A stretch of DNA of 64,000 bases from Eledone cirrhosa (Eukaryota). Made by a program: the position numbers and the translations under genes. The stretch is from NCBI GenBank assembly GCA_964016885.1, contig OZ024742.1:284146001-284210000 (forward strand), in the 5' to 3' direction. The number at the start of each line of letters is the position of its first letter. The first letter of the stretch is position 1. The notes beneath the pieces were generated by a model. The model was given only the letters and a program-made list of their open reading frames with translations. It did not search any database and was not told the origin of the DNA. Below, one piece after another: positions 27,382-39,582 of the stretch.

Positions 27382-28971
27382 ATGTGCAGGTAAGTAAAAA
27401 ATTTATCTGCACTTTTGCCATAACCTATCTTTAGTTTTGTTACACTGCCTTCTGCTCATGCATGCTTGTTGTTGGCACTACTGTCGGCACGTGAACGAAG
27501 TTTGAGCTTGATCATGCCAGTTTTCTTGCCGCTGTTACATCATCATCGTTTAACGTCCATGTTCCACGCTTGCATGGGTTTGGACGGGAGTTTTCCCACT
27601 TGAGGCAAGAGTGGTTGTCTTGCTCGCATAGGACTGTCTGGCGGGTTTTCTACAGCTGGATGCCCTTCCTAACACGAATCACATTTACAGTGTGGGGCTG
27701 CGAGGTTTTTACCATGTTGCCTACACGGCCACATTACAGCGTGGACTGTGTTTTTTTGTCGTGACACCTACACGATCTCATTTGTTTCGGCCTGGATGTT
27801 GTGGCACCAACATAACTTTACATTGAAATGGGCGGTGTGGATGGGTGGGCGGTGTGGATGGGGGGGGGGGGGGGTATTTTGTTAGAGATGCCTACAGTGT
27901 AAACATGGTCACTCCGCTAGCAATGTGCACCAAGGAAGAAGAAAGAGCAGTGATCTGATTTCTTTGGTCTAAATGTGTGTCGAGGCCTGAAATTCAGCGG
28001 AGGTTTTTAACAGAATACGACAGTGCACTACCATGTAGAAGTGTATATGAGTGGATCGATAAATTTAAAAGTGGTCAGACAAGCATGAAGCACAAAAGAG
28101 CAGGACGTCTGTAAGCCTCCACTATAAATGAGAAGATTCAACAAGCTCGAGAGATGGTAATAGTGAACTGGCGAGTTATCATTGATGAAGTAGCATGTTC
28201 TCTGTAGATTAGTCATGGTTCTGCCAATCAACTCCTCCATGATGAGCTCAGCTTTCATAACGTCTATGCGAGATGGATGCCAAGAGAACTTGCCACAGAG
28301 CGCAAACCCAAACATGTTGAGGTCTGCCACATTTACTTGATCACAACAACAATGAAGGTGAAGAATTTTTTAGCAGAATAGTCACAGGAGATGAAATGCG
28401 AGTCCATCACTATGAGCCAGAATCCAAAGACAGAATATGGAGTGGAAACATCCTGGCTCGCCAACGATGAAGAAAATCAAGACTCAATCTTTGGCAGGAA
28501 AGGTGATGCTAACCATTTTTTTGGACTGGAAAAGGTATATACAATCAACAGTGCTTTGCTGGCTAACAATCTAAAGCCAGCAATTCGCACCAAACACTGA
28601 AGCTTATTGTCGAAGAAAGTTTTGTTGTTGCATGACAATGCACACCCACATAAAGCCAGCCAGACCATGGAAACCATTACCCAATTGGGCTTTGAGCTGT
28701 TGGAACACCCTGCCTAGAGCCCAGATCTCGCAACTTCCAGCTATCATCTCTTTGGACTGCTCAAGGATACTTTACGAGGTCGTCAATTTCCTACAGATAA
28801 AGAAGAGCAAGAAGCGGTGCAGAAATGGTGGCACAACAAACTGAAAACCTTTTTTCTTGGAAGGAATACGCAAGGTTGTGGAAAAATGACGTACTTGTTT
28901 CATCGCTGCTTTTACGTAAATATATTGAAAAAAGAAACAAAAGTGAGGATAATTTTTTACTTTCCCCTCAT
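27382..28971 (+). mobile_element. mariner transposon fossil interrupted by an RTE 3'UTR insertion
   Basis: Degenerate TIRs (gtaagtaaaaaatttatctgcacttt / aaagtgaggataattttttactttcc). Transposase remnant from 27905: WMPREL, IVTGDE..HHYEPESK..MEWKHPGSP, LLHDNAHPH, HPA*SPDLA..YHLF..LK. Confidence 0.88.
27537..27895 (-). mobile_element. RTE family A 3'UTR-only insertion nested in the mariner
   Basis: Matches 6600-6960; a short taca duplication or microhomology at the junctions. Confidence 0.88.
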
Positions 28972-29003
28972 ACTTATACATACATACATATATATATACA
29001 CAT

Positions 29004-29338
29004 GGAGGCACATGGCTTAGTGGTTAGAGCATTGGCCTTGCAATCGAAAGGTTGTGAGTTCAATTCTCAGACCGGGTGATGTGTTGTTTCCTTGAGCAAG
29101 ACACTTTATTTCACATTGCTCCAGTTTACTCAGCTGTAGAAATGAGATGATAGGGACTGGGTTCCCTATCATTCCACTGCAAAATGGTCGTGGAGGTGCC
29201 ACGGCAAAAAAGCACCCAGCACTCACTGTAAATGAGGTTGGTGTTAGGAAGGGCATCCAGCCGTAGAAATCAAGCCAGCATCAGTTCCCGTCCCACCCTT
29301 GCAAGCAGGGAAAAAGCGGACGTAAAATGAAATGATGA
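29004..29338 (+). mobile_element. tRNA-headed CORE-type SINE with RTE-derived tail
   Basis: A box tggcttagtgg, B box gagttcaattc, core ccttgagcaagacacttt...ctgtagaaatgag; tail matches LINE end 31666-31720. Confidence 0.9.
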
Positions 29339-29410
29339 AACACACATATACATAGATATATACGCACAAATACATCTAAAATACACACACACACACACAT
29401 ATCTACAAAT

Positions 29411-29443
<33 letters not shown>

Positions 29444-29499
29444 CACACACACAATCTACATTTGTATAAATACATAGAATTTCTACCCACCTCTTTCCT

Positions 29500-30725
29500 A
29501 TGCTCTGAGTAGGGCCATTTCCTTTCTACTTGCTAGAACTTTAGTCTTTGTCAAGTTGACTTTAAGACCTTTTGATTCCAGGTTATGTTTCCAGGTCAGG
29601 AACTTTTTCTTTAATTCTGCCATAGATTCAACTAAGAGAGTTAGATCATCAGCATACAGGAGTTCCTAAAAGCATCCTGCTTTAAACTCTTCTGTTATAG
29701 CCTGGTTGACGATAATAAGCAGGAGAGGGCTAAGGACAGAGCACTGGTGGAGGCCAGCTTTCATGCTAAACTTCTCACTATAGTCATTAATTTTAACCTT
29801 GCTGACTGTACATAGTTTGTATTGCCCTCACAAGCCACTCATCTACTCCTAGTTTCCTAAGAGCCCACTTGATTATGAAACAGAGGACCTTGCCAAAAGC
29901 TTTCTCCAGGTGAATAAATGCTAAGTAGAGAGGTTTACTTTTAGTTAGGTACTTATCTTGCAGTTGCCTCATCGATCACTAATCAGTTGTACAATGTTTT
30001 TGTAATTTTCTTGAACTGGTCTATCAGTTTGATGCCCCAGTAGTTCCCTCTGTCTAGTGCATCATTTTTGCCCTTGTAGCAGTTGACGATGTTGCTACGC
30101 CACTCGTTGGGTATAGTTCCATTTTCTATTTCTTGGTTTACAATATGGGTGATTAGGGTGTGTCCTACCATCCCAGATGGTTTCAGCATCTCACCAGCTA
30201 TTCTCAATGGCTCAGCTGCTTTAGTCACCTTAATTGCCTTACTTACTACACTGTTGCTGACTTGTATCACTGGTCTCTCTGTTGGAACCACTTGGAGCAA
30301 GCTATCTTCTTCCCATGCATTCTCCTCATCCACCAGTCTCTTTTAATGACAGTTCTATGCTGCTTTCTTTTCAGTTTCAGTGAGGGCAAGTGCACCTGTC
30401 ATCTCAGACACACTTCTCCCCCACAATGTCACTATTTTCCTTGACGCACTCCCTTGCGATCCTGTACTCCTCATGTCGCATAACATGTATAAACTTATTT
30501 CTGCTTCCCTCCTTGAAAAGTATACTTGTCACCTCATCTCTCTCCTAGCCTCTTGGTAAAGTTCTCTTCTTCCCTCATTTTGCCATTCTTTCCATGCCTG
30601 TTTCACCCACCCTACTATTCTACAACCAAGTTACTCTATATCACTCCCGAGATCTCTGCTCCACCTACATACCTCTTTTGTGGCCAGTAGATTATTTCTC
30701 AGGAAATCCCATTGTTCCTCTATTG
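29500..30725 (-). mobile_element. Old degenerate RTE internal fragment
   Basis: EEQWDFLRNNLL, NCYKGKNDALDRGNYWGIKL, LYADDL remnants with many disablements. Confidence 0.82.
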
Positions 30726-30744
30726 TATATATATTTACACACAT

Positions 30745-31720
30745 ATATCTGGTTCTTATAGCAGAATCAGTAGAGGAGCTCGATAATAAATTCTGGCTAT
30801 GGAAACAGCAGTTGGAAGCAAGAGGACTGAGAGTGAACCTAGCTAAGACAAAAGTGTTGAGTAGAAAAGAGGACAAAACCCTGATTCCGTCAGGGAAATG
30901 GCCATGTTCGATATGCAGAAAAGGAACTGGCATAAATTCTATAAAATGCACACAATGCCGATCCTGGGTACACAAGAGATGTAGTGGGATAGCAGGAAAA
31001 CTAACAAGTAGGGAGAAATATGTATGCAGTAGATGTACAGGGAAATTAGACAGTAGAAGTCGCATTGATAGACACATTTTTCAAATGCAGGAGGGCGCTA
31101 TAGAAGTGGTGGATAGCTTCCGGTACCTAAGAGATCAGATTAGCATGGGAGGAGGGTGTTCCGAGGCCATAGTATCTAGAATAAGGACGGGTTGGAAGAA
31201 GTTTAGGGAGCTGCTTCCTCTGTTGACGAAGAAGGGTTTCTCCCTGCGTACGAAAGGCTGGTTGTATGATGCCTGTGTGAGGAGCGTAATGCTGCATGGT
31301 AGTGAGACATGGGCAGCAACTGCAGAGGATATGCGACGGCTGGAGAGAAATGAGGCAAGCATGCTCCGTTGGATGTGCAGTATAAATGTGCGTGAACGAC
31401 CCAGCATAAATGTGTTGAGAGGGAAACTGTGTCAGAGGGATAGAATGTAGTGTACGGGAGAGGAGACTGAGGTGGTATGTGATGCGCATGGAAGATCACC
31501 GATGGGTGAAGAAGTGCCAGGAAATGCCAGTTGAAGGAAGACGTGGTAGAGGTAGACCACGAAAAACATGGGCGGAGGTGGAGAGAACAGACCTCAGATC
31601 ATTGAAGCTCACGGTGGAGATGACGAAGGACCGTGACGAGTGGAGAGATGCTGTGCTGAATAAGACCCGTCCCACCCTTGCAAGCAGGGAAAAGCGGACG
31701 TAAAATGATGATGATGATGA
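30745..31720 (+). mobile_element. RTE family B 3' fragment (also PHD-bearing, no long 3'UTR)
   Basis: [45 protein letters not shown]; the ORF runs directly into the stem-loop/(GAT)n tail. Confidence 0.9.
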
Positions 31721-32080
31721 GAAAGATACATATACACATAATCAGCGTTTACACATACATATATACACACACACGCACATACATCCATACACACATGTAC
31801 ACAGATACACATACATCTATACATATACATATGTACATGCACATGTATACATACACATACATGTATACATATACAAATGTACATGCACATGTATACATAT
31901 GTATACATACATACACAATCATACATATAGGCACATTCACATACACACACGCATATATTCATATACACACACACATATATATATACACAATATATACACA
32001 CATGCACATACAATATATACACACATATGTATATACAAACATACACATACATAAGCATACATATATAGCACACATACACA
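31721..32080. repeat. Degenerate (CA/TA)n microsatellite
   Basis: Directly visible. Confidence 0.9.
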
Positions 32081-34537
32081 GCACTTGAATTGAAACCCTT
32101 ATGTTGACAGATATTTTGAATTGTTTATTATTCTTATCTATATCATCATTACCATCCTTACTATTAGTGTTAATACTAGAACCACTGTTGTAAGAAGCTT
32201 ACATTTCTAGCGAGAGGAAGAAGCAGAAGAGCGTCAGACAAAATGGATTGCGCCATTTAATTATGTCCTTTTTCTGAGTTAAAATCTCCTTGTTAGGTCG
32301 TAACTAATTTTGTCTCTTGCGTGTCCGGATCGTCTACAAAATATAATTGTTTCTACTTTTGGCACAAAAATATAATACCAGTCAGTCAGTTATTACCGGG
32401 GTGGATACATAATCCTCTATACCTTTCCCTAAAATGTGTGGGTAATTATAATAATTCGTTCTAACATAGGCACAAGGCCAGCAATTTACGGCAAGGATGA
32501 TATTGATTATATCGACCCCCAGCACTAGACTAGTACTTTTTTTTATCGACCCCGGCAAGATCTGAACTCAGAACGTAACAAATACAGCAAAACATTTTCT
32601 CCGACGCTCTAACGATTCTGCCAATCTACCACAACAGTAATAACAACAATAATGATAATTTCTAATCTAGTTACAACGCCTGCATTTTGTGGGGAGATGG
32701 AAGTAGATTATTTCAACCCAGTATTTCACTGGTACTTTATTTTATTGGCCTCGGAAGGATGAAAGGCAAAAGTTGATATCCTTTTGAAATGTACGACCGT
32801 TTCAGCTTCCTATTTATTCTTGAGAAAAAAAAAATCATTCAACAGCCTACGTAAGAAATAATAACAATATTGATAATAATCATCGATCCGCAGCCACTTT
32901 CATCGAAGAACGAGTAAATGAATATTGGTGATGACGGTTGTGGTGGGACAGCAACGAGGGAAGTCTGGTGATGTTTACAATCGAGACATACAGACAGACA
33001 ACAACTGAACTGACATACATTAAACACGACAGACATCAGAGAGAGACAGAGACTGACATACAGACAGAGAGAGAGACTAACATACAGACAGAGAGAGAGA
33101 CTAACATACAGACAGAGGTTAGACATCCGTATCTGTATTTTTAAGCTGTGAATGAATAAAAGTACCTAATTGAATAAGGAAATTAATCTATCTTTTATTA
33201 ATGAAAAAAAAATCATTTTAAAAGGTATTTCTAAATAAAGAAATTAACGCTTGATAAGTAATTAGATGAATGAAGGATGCCTACATAATCCATTCGTATG
33301 ACAATCTTCCATTCTAGCAGTTCAAATATAAATATTTTCGATATTAGCAGTATGTAACTAAATGCATTTCTTTCCGTAGTGGTGAGGGCGAAGGGGTCAA
33401 TTTAACTCTGACCCTCCAACACAGATCGGGGGGGGGGGGGTAAATTATACACAGAAGTCTAGAGTATTCTTATTAAAGCATTCTATATGCGAATGGAATA
33501 AAAACAGAAGAATGTTATACATAAAGACATCAGCTAAAAACACACGCCAATAGAAACCATACACGTATCAGTGATATATATTTATATACATACATATCAC
33601 GAAGATGTAACACATATACAGAAACGTATCAGTAAGATGTACAATATACATCAATACGGAACTTACTCCACACACCATTCCAGCAATTTCCCACCTCTCT
33701 AAAAAAACAAAAAGGCAACTAGTATTGCCCCCTGTTCATATATAGATTAATAAATACAAACTTTATATTATATATGTGTGTGTGTAATATATGATATACA
33801 TATATACATACACACACACACATTACATATATACATACATTACCAATACGTGTATGTCAATAAGACATGTACAATGTAGAGCAATAAGGCATATATAATA
33901 TATACATACACGCGTATGTGTGTATGTATGCATGTGTATGCTTGCAGTATTCCTTAAGGAATTATGTTAAATTAGTTTAATATTTTAGATACATACATTC
34001 ATATTCCCAATCACAAACACGTACACTTGTGGTATTCAGAAAGTATGCACATTATAGCTATTTACAACACATATATCCTTCACCAGTTTATATATATATA
34101 TATATAATGATTTAAATATCATCCGTCTTATAAATAAGCATGAACCACCAAGGTATTAAGAAAGCAATTGAGAATTAATAAATAACGAAGTATAACAAAC
34201 AGTTTAAAGTGAAATCTGATAATACATACATATGTATGTCTATAATAATACGCATACCAATCTTTTAACTCCCTGTTTATATATAAATGTACACACATCG
34301 CCATCACCCGTTGCGATCTCTCTCACTCTCTGAATAGCTAAGGGATCAGCCTGGCATGACGTGCAAAGCAATGAAAAATACTTAATGCCATAGTAGAATA
34401 GAATATTTATTTGAAGTAGAGTCTTCATGAATAGCTACTCAGAGTTTCTCGTTACCGTTATTAATCCGAGTAGCCATTCAAAAGAAGACTTGGCTTTGAA
34501 TAACATACACACACAATTATATATATATATATATATA

Positions 34538-34585
34538 GTTATTTTCTGATGACCCCGTGAAGAGCAGGTGAAAATCCAGAATAAC
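34538..34585 (+). ncRNA. Degenerate minimal type I hammerhead ribozyme candidate
   Basis: gttatttt-CTGATGA-ccccgtgaagagcaggt-GAAA-atcc-agaataac: 8-bp stem I, weak stem II, almost no stem III; abuts (TA)n; AATAAA about 20 nt downstream. Confidence 0.4.
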
Positions 34586-35493
34586 AAGACTCATTATTTA
34601 GCCTTAATAAAATGTATATATATCATTGTCATCGTCGTCAATCTTTATCTTAATTTTCATTAATTATTCTGTTCTGACTATTTGAGTCCACCCAGTTTTG
34701 CAGCCTCGATCTGTCTTTCTTTAAGTCGCACTTGCAATTACGTTGGTGGCGGTGGTTAAACAGTGTCGTATTGGGGGAAGGTGGACAAACAAAACCGAAG
34801 GTCCACACAGTTCAAAAGTAACGTTACCAGGAACGTCGGACGGCTGGGAGTAATAAGTATATGGGTTAGGTAGGGGAGAGAAAATGTCGGCAACGAACAC
34901 AGAAACGAAGCAAACAAACAGATAATAAAAGGGTATAAAAGAAAAACAAAATGCTTTTTGAGCTTACCTGGCACATAATAATAATAACAACGACAAGTCA
35001 AAGACAAGAAGACTGTAGCATCATTGACAAGCTCTCCAGCAATGAAGACTTATTTCCTACTTTCTACGGTAGACCGTAAATGCCACAATACACTTTTTTT
35101 GAAGAAAATGGAGTGGGGGAAATTGATGTTACGTTAGTTTTTTTTTGTGTTAGCGGGTAACTATCTGTTTATCCCGTAGGCATATCTGTCTGTGAGTCTC
35201 ATCTTCGTCTCGATTCAACAAAAATAAAATTCGCCCCGCTATTACTATTGCACTACTACTGAAAATAATGGTGTCGCCCACCACTACTACTAATACTATT
35301 ACCACTACTACTTTCACTTACTGCTACTACTGAAAACAATTGCTCCCTCTCACACCGCTATCAAAACTATTATTACGTCTACCATACCAACTCCACTGCC
35401 ATTGTTATCACTACTACAACAATAACAACTACTACCAACTGTTTTGATTAACTGTACAAAAGTGGAATACATTGGATTCTTGAAGACGAGACA

Positions 35494-35751
35494 AATATCT
35501 AAAGTTTCGGGTGTTTTCTGATGGTACAAAATAAATAGATTGGGATAAGTGATCAAACTTTGTTTTTATTTACAATTTCTTAGCTCCATAGCTTTATTTA
35601 ATTTATCAAAACCTTGGAAATAGTACATTGGGAGGGGGAAGACAGTTATCTCCCTTTAACATGTACTGGGTCACTTTGATCACTTATCCCAATCTATTTA
35701 TTTTGTACCATCAGAAAACACCCGAAACTTTAGATATTATGTACTGGGTCA
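35494..35751. repeat. Perfect 64-bp inverted duplication flanked by a 13-bp direct repeat
   Basis: 35675-35738 is the exact reverse complement of 35494-35557; atgtactgggtca at 35661-35673 and 35739-35751. Confidence 0.92.
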
Positions 35752-36559
35752 ATTCAATTGGATAATTTACCTTGGGAGTTAACGGGAATTTCGGTGATCC
35801 CAAGAAGAATGACACCAACCTGACCAAAACCGGTTTTCGTTCTATGAAACTAAACCACCCATTTTAAAGGGTTCCTATTTAAATGAAAATATTCCAACAT
35901 TTTATGTAAGAAACATAAGCATAACAATAAATGTTAAGTTATTATCTTAGTAATAAAATATTAATAATTTTATGAAATCCCTCAAAATTCTTCATTAATT
36001 AATTGAAATAGAGTGTGAAAAACAATCATTTTAAAGGCAATAGATTGGCAGAATTATTTGAGCATTGGATAAATTTATATTCTGAGTTCAAATCCCAACA
36101 TGGTCAACTTTGCCTTTCATCCTTTTAGATTTGATAAAATAAAGTACCAATCAAATACTAGGGTTGTTATGATCAGCTGTTCCCCTCCCTTCAATTTTCT
36201 GGTCTTGTATCTCAGATTCACTATTATTAGGAAAGAAGGTACTATAGGAGTTGATAGTTTCTGTTACTTAGATGACCTAATTAGTAGTGGGGGAGGTTGC
36301 TCTAAAAGCATTGTAACTAGAATAAGAACAGACTTGAAAAAAGTTCAGAGAGCTACTACCTTTGTTGACATCAAAGGGTTTTCTTCTACGTGTGAATGGT
36401 AGATGGTATAATGTCTGCATGAGAAGTGCAATGAGAAATGGGCAATAAAGGCTGGAGATCCTGACCTTTAATTTTATCATATAACCTAATCATCATCATC
36501 CTCACCATCACCATCACCATCTTGATTCTCCACGCTGGCATGAGTTGGATGGTTTGTTT

Positions 36560-37135
36560 CAGACCAAGTCAGTATTACAATAGAGCCAATATCCTCCTGG
36601 AAACTGTTCAGAGATGTGCAACCAAGCGCATACCCTCCATCAGACATCTACCATACTCTGGAACGCCTTGCTTCCCTGGGCATGGATTCATTGAAGCTCT
36701 GATGTCTGGCAATGGAGTTGGTAAACACCCACAAAGTTATTAACCATCTCGCCAACAACAACCCTGAGCACCTTTTTGATCTCCATGTGTCTAACACACA
36801 TGGACATGCCTACAAAATCAGAAAACAGCACAGCTCCCATGACTTTCGGAAACATTTTTTCACGCTTAGAGTTGCTGAAGCATGGAACAAACTGCCTGCG
36901 TCAGTTGTTAGCTGCCGAGACACTGCATCCTTTAAAACCCTCATGCTTCCCGAAATTCCTCAAAACTACACCTGATGTACCCCTTCCATACACATGAACA
37001 CATGTGTATATCAAGACTCATGCACTGTTCATTTTCCTGACGTTTGTACATTACCCTATGTACTATACATACACTTGTTGATGAGTTGTAGTGCACCTGA
37101 GCACTGTACACAATATTTTCATTATCATCATTATC
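36560..37135 (+). mobile_element. CR1-group LINE 3' end
   Basis: LETVQRCATKRIP, THGHAYKI, FFTLRVAEAWNKLP..FK; the 3'UTR end recurs at about 52494-52585. Confidence 0.82.
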
Positions 37136-37769
37136 AAGACAGGTCAAGGAAATATGTCTTGCTTGAATACATTCCTATTTAACATCTTTAACTCTCTGAT
37201 GCAAAACTGTCTATTTTAAAATATGTTATGTAAATTTAAATTTTCTCTCAAAATTTGATCTAACAATGTTTTAAATTATGTTCCAAGCAGCTATATAATG
37301 GAGAAATTAGATATTTTACAAACTCCTTCCAAATTTTTTATTATTTCAAAAATTTATTGAAACATATCGACAGTGTTTTTGTGCTAAAAATATAATAATG
37401 AAAAGGTTAAAAAATTTCCTTAGTCATGGAAATCAGTTGCCTAAATGAACTTATTTAATGAAAACATTTGAATAAATAAAAAGTTGACAACTTTATTGTA
37501 CATAAATTATTTATTGACATAATAATATATGAATGTGTTTGAGGGGTTTGGTGTAAAATTCCAAGGTTTCAGTATTCTAAACAGCTGTTTCATTAGTGAA
37601 AATAGAAATGGCTGGAATTGTAGAATTGTTATCTTACTAACTCATTATATACAACTCATCACCAAAATAGGTTTTGAGTGCACATGGCAAAGAACGTAAT
37701 AATATGAGGATACAGACAGGCCAACAGGAATAGATATAAATATATATACACACATATATACATACATAT

Positions 37770-37800
<31 letters not shown>

Positions 37801-37957
37801 CTTTAGTATCAGTGCTCTGAAATAGTGATGTATGTATGAATGTATGTATAGTATATTTGATAATATACGGTATGTTTATTTTTAAAAATGTTAAAGACCA
37901 TTCGCTATGAGTTTCAAAGTAGTGACCATGTCACTTACTATGTCTCGGCAAAAACAA

Positions 37958-38017
37958 AGGGAAGCAACTGACAGCTGTTTCTCATTTGTTAACGGTTATC
38001 AAGATTGCTTATCCCCT
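37958..38017 (-). ncRNA. Type I hammerhead motif, U3-A8 core variant (degenerate copy)
   Basis: Minus strand: aagcaatc-TTGATAA-ccgttaacaaatga-GAAAC-agct-GTC-agttgctt. Confidence 0.55.
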
Positions 38018-38250
38018 TTCTTCTGCCAAGACTTAACGAAGCTGGATTCTTATAGAATTCCAGTGGTGTTTAAGAGCTGATTAAACAGAGCAGTTGCCGG
38101 TCTAGCAAAAATTAGAAATTAGTATCAGTGCTCTGAAATAGCGATGTATGTATAGTAAATTTGATAATATACTGTATGTTTATTTAAAAACATTTTGAAG
38201 ACCATTCACTATGAGTTTTAAAGTAGTGACTATAAGTCTCGGCAGAAGCG

Positions 38251-38310
38251 AGGGGATAAGCAATCTTGATAAATGTTAACAAACGAGAAACAGCTGTCGG
38301 TTGCTTCCCT
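38251..38310 (+). ncRNA. Type I hammerhead motif, U3-A8 core variant
   Basis: aagcaatc-TTGATAA-atgttaacaaacga-GAAAC-agct-GTC-ggttgctt: 8-bp stem I, palindromic stem III ACAGCTGT, GUC site. Confidence 0.62.
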
Positions 38311-38945
38311 TTGTTTTTGCTGAGACAGTAAGTGATATAGTCACAACCTCTAACTGGATTACCGATAACAATATTTTGTTATCCCTTATATATGTATATA
38401 TATATATGTATGTATATATATATATGTATATATATATATGTATGTATATATATATATATGTATGTATATATATATATTTGTATGTATACATATATATATG
38501 TATGTATATATATATATGTATATATATATATATACATACATATATATGTATACATACAAATATATATATATACATATATACATACACATATATAATATAT
38601 ATATATATATACATACATATATATATACATATATATATACATACATATATATATACATATATATATACATACATATATATATATATATATACATATATAA
38701 GGGATAACAAAATATCGTTATAGGTAATCCAGTTAGAGGTTGTGAATACTTCGTACTATGGATAGTTTTAGCGTACGGCGTTGTTTGACTCAACAAGAGG
38801 TTTACGTAAGAAGTGAGTTTATGATTTCACTTGTATTCCTATGTAAGTTTATCTTGGAGTAATAAAATTGAAAAAGTGAAGAATAACATGGTCAACAGTA
38901 CAAAAAAGGGGATTTATTTACAGTCTGACAATCAAGATCATCGGA

Positions 38946-39064
38946 GTTATCTCCGATGATCTTATTAAGCTAACATCAGATTAAAAATTGAGTGGCACTG
39001 CTTCTAGTGTTCAGCAATTTTTAGAAAACTTAATCAGTGAAACAATTGTCAGACTGTAAATAAA
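38946..39064 (+). ncRNA. Hammerhead-like motif with long stem II and downstream AATAAA (core CCGATGA)
   Basis: tct-CCGATGA-[attaag..aaaaattg..gcactg/tagtgt..caattttt..cttaat]-GAAAC-aatt-GTC-aga..aaataaa; stem I is short. Confidence 0.45.
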
Positions 39065-39111
39065 TCCCCTTTTTTTGTACTGTTGACCATGTTATTCTTC
39101 ACTTTTTCAAT

Positions 39112-39181
<70 letters not shown>

Positions 39182-39511
39182 CATATATATACATATATAT
39201 ATACAAGCTTATATTGGCTTTTGCCAATATAAGCTTGTCTTTATTGACTTATATCGAGACAGACAAATTGTATTCACTTTAATTAGTTTATTTCATTGCT
39301 AGCTACTTTGTCTGTTACAATATAAACACGTTTTGTGTTTATCATATATATTAATGTATAACTTGTATATATATACATATATACATATATATACATATAT
39401 GTATTTTTTTTTTTTAACGATCGACTTTCATCAAATTGGACCGAGGAAACAATGTTTCCATTGGTCTTTCCAGTTGCTAATACTATCTATCGGTCACAAC
39501 TCCAGGTAGAG

Positions 39512-39557
<46 letters not shown>

Positions 39558-39582
39558 AACATATATATATACATACATATAT

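Noticed and set aside
29004-29075. tRNA-like sequences with A/B boxes
   Set aside because: SINE heads continuing into core and tail; no complete cloverleaf or terminator.
29500-31720. Opposed RTE fragments as one twin-primed 5'-inverted insertion
   Set aside because: The halves overlap in ORF coverage and differ clearly in sequence and degree of decay, so they are independent insertions.
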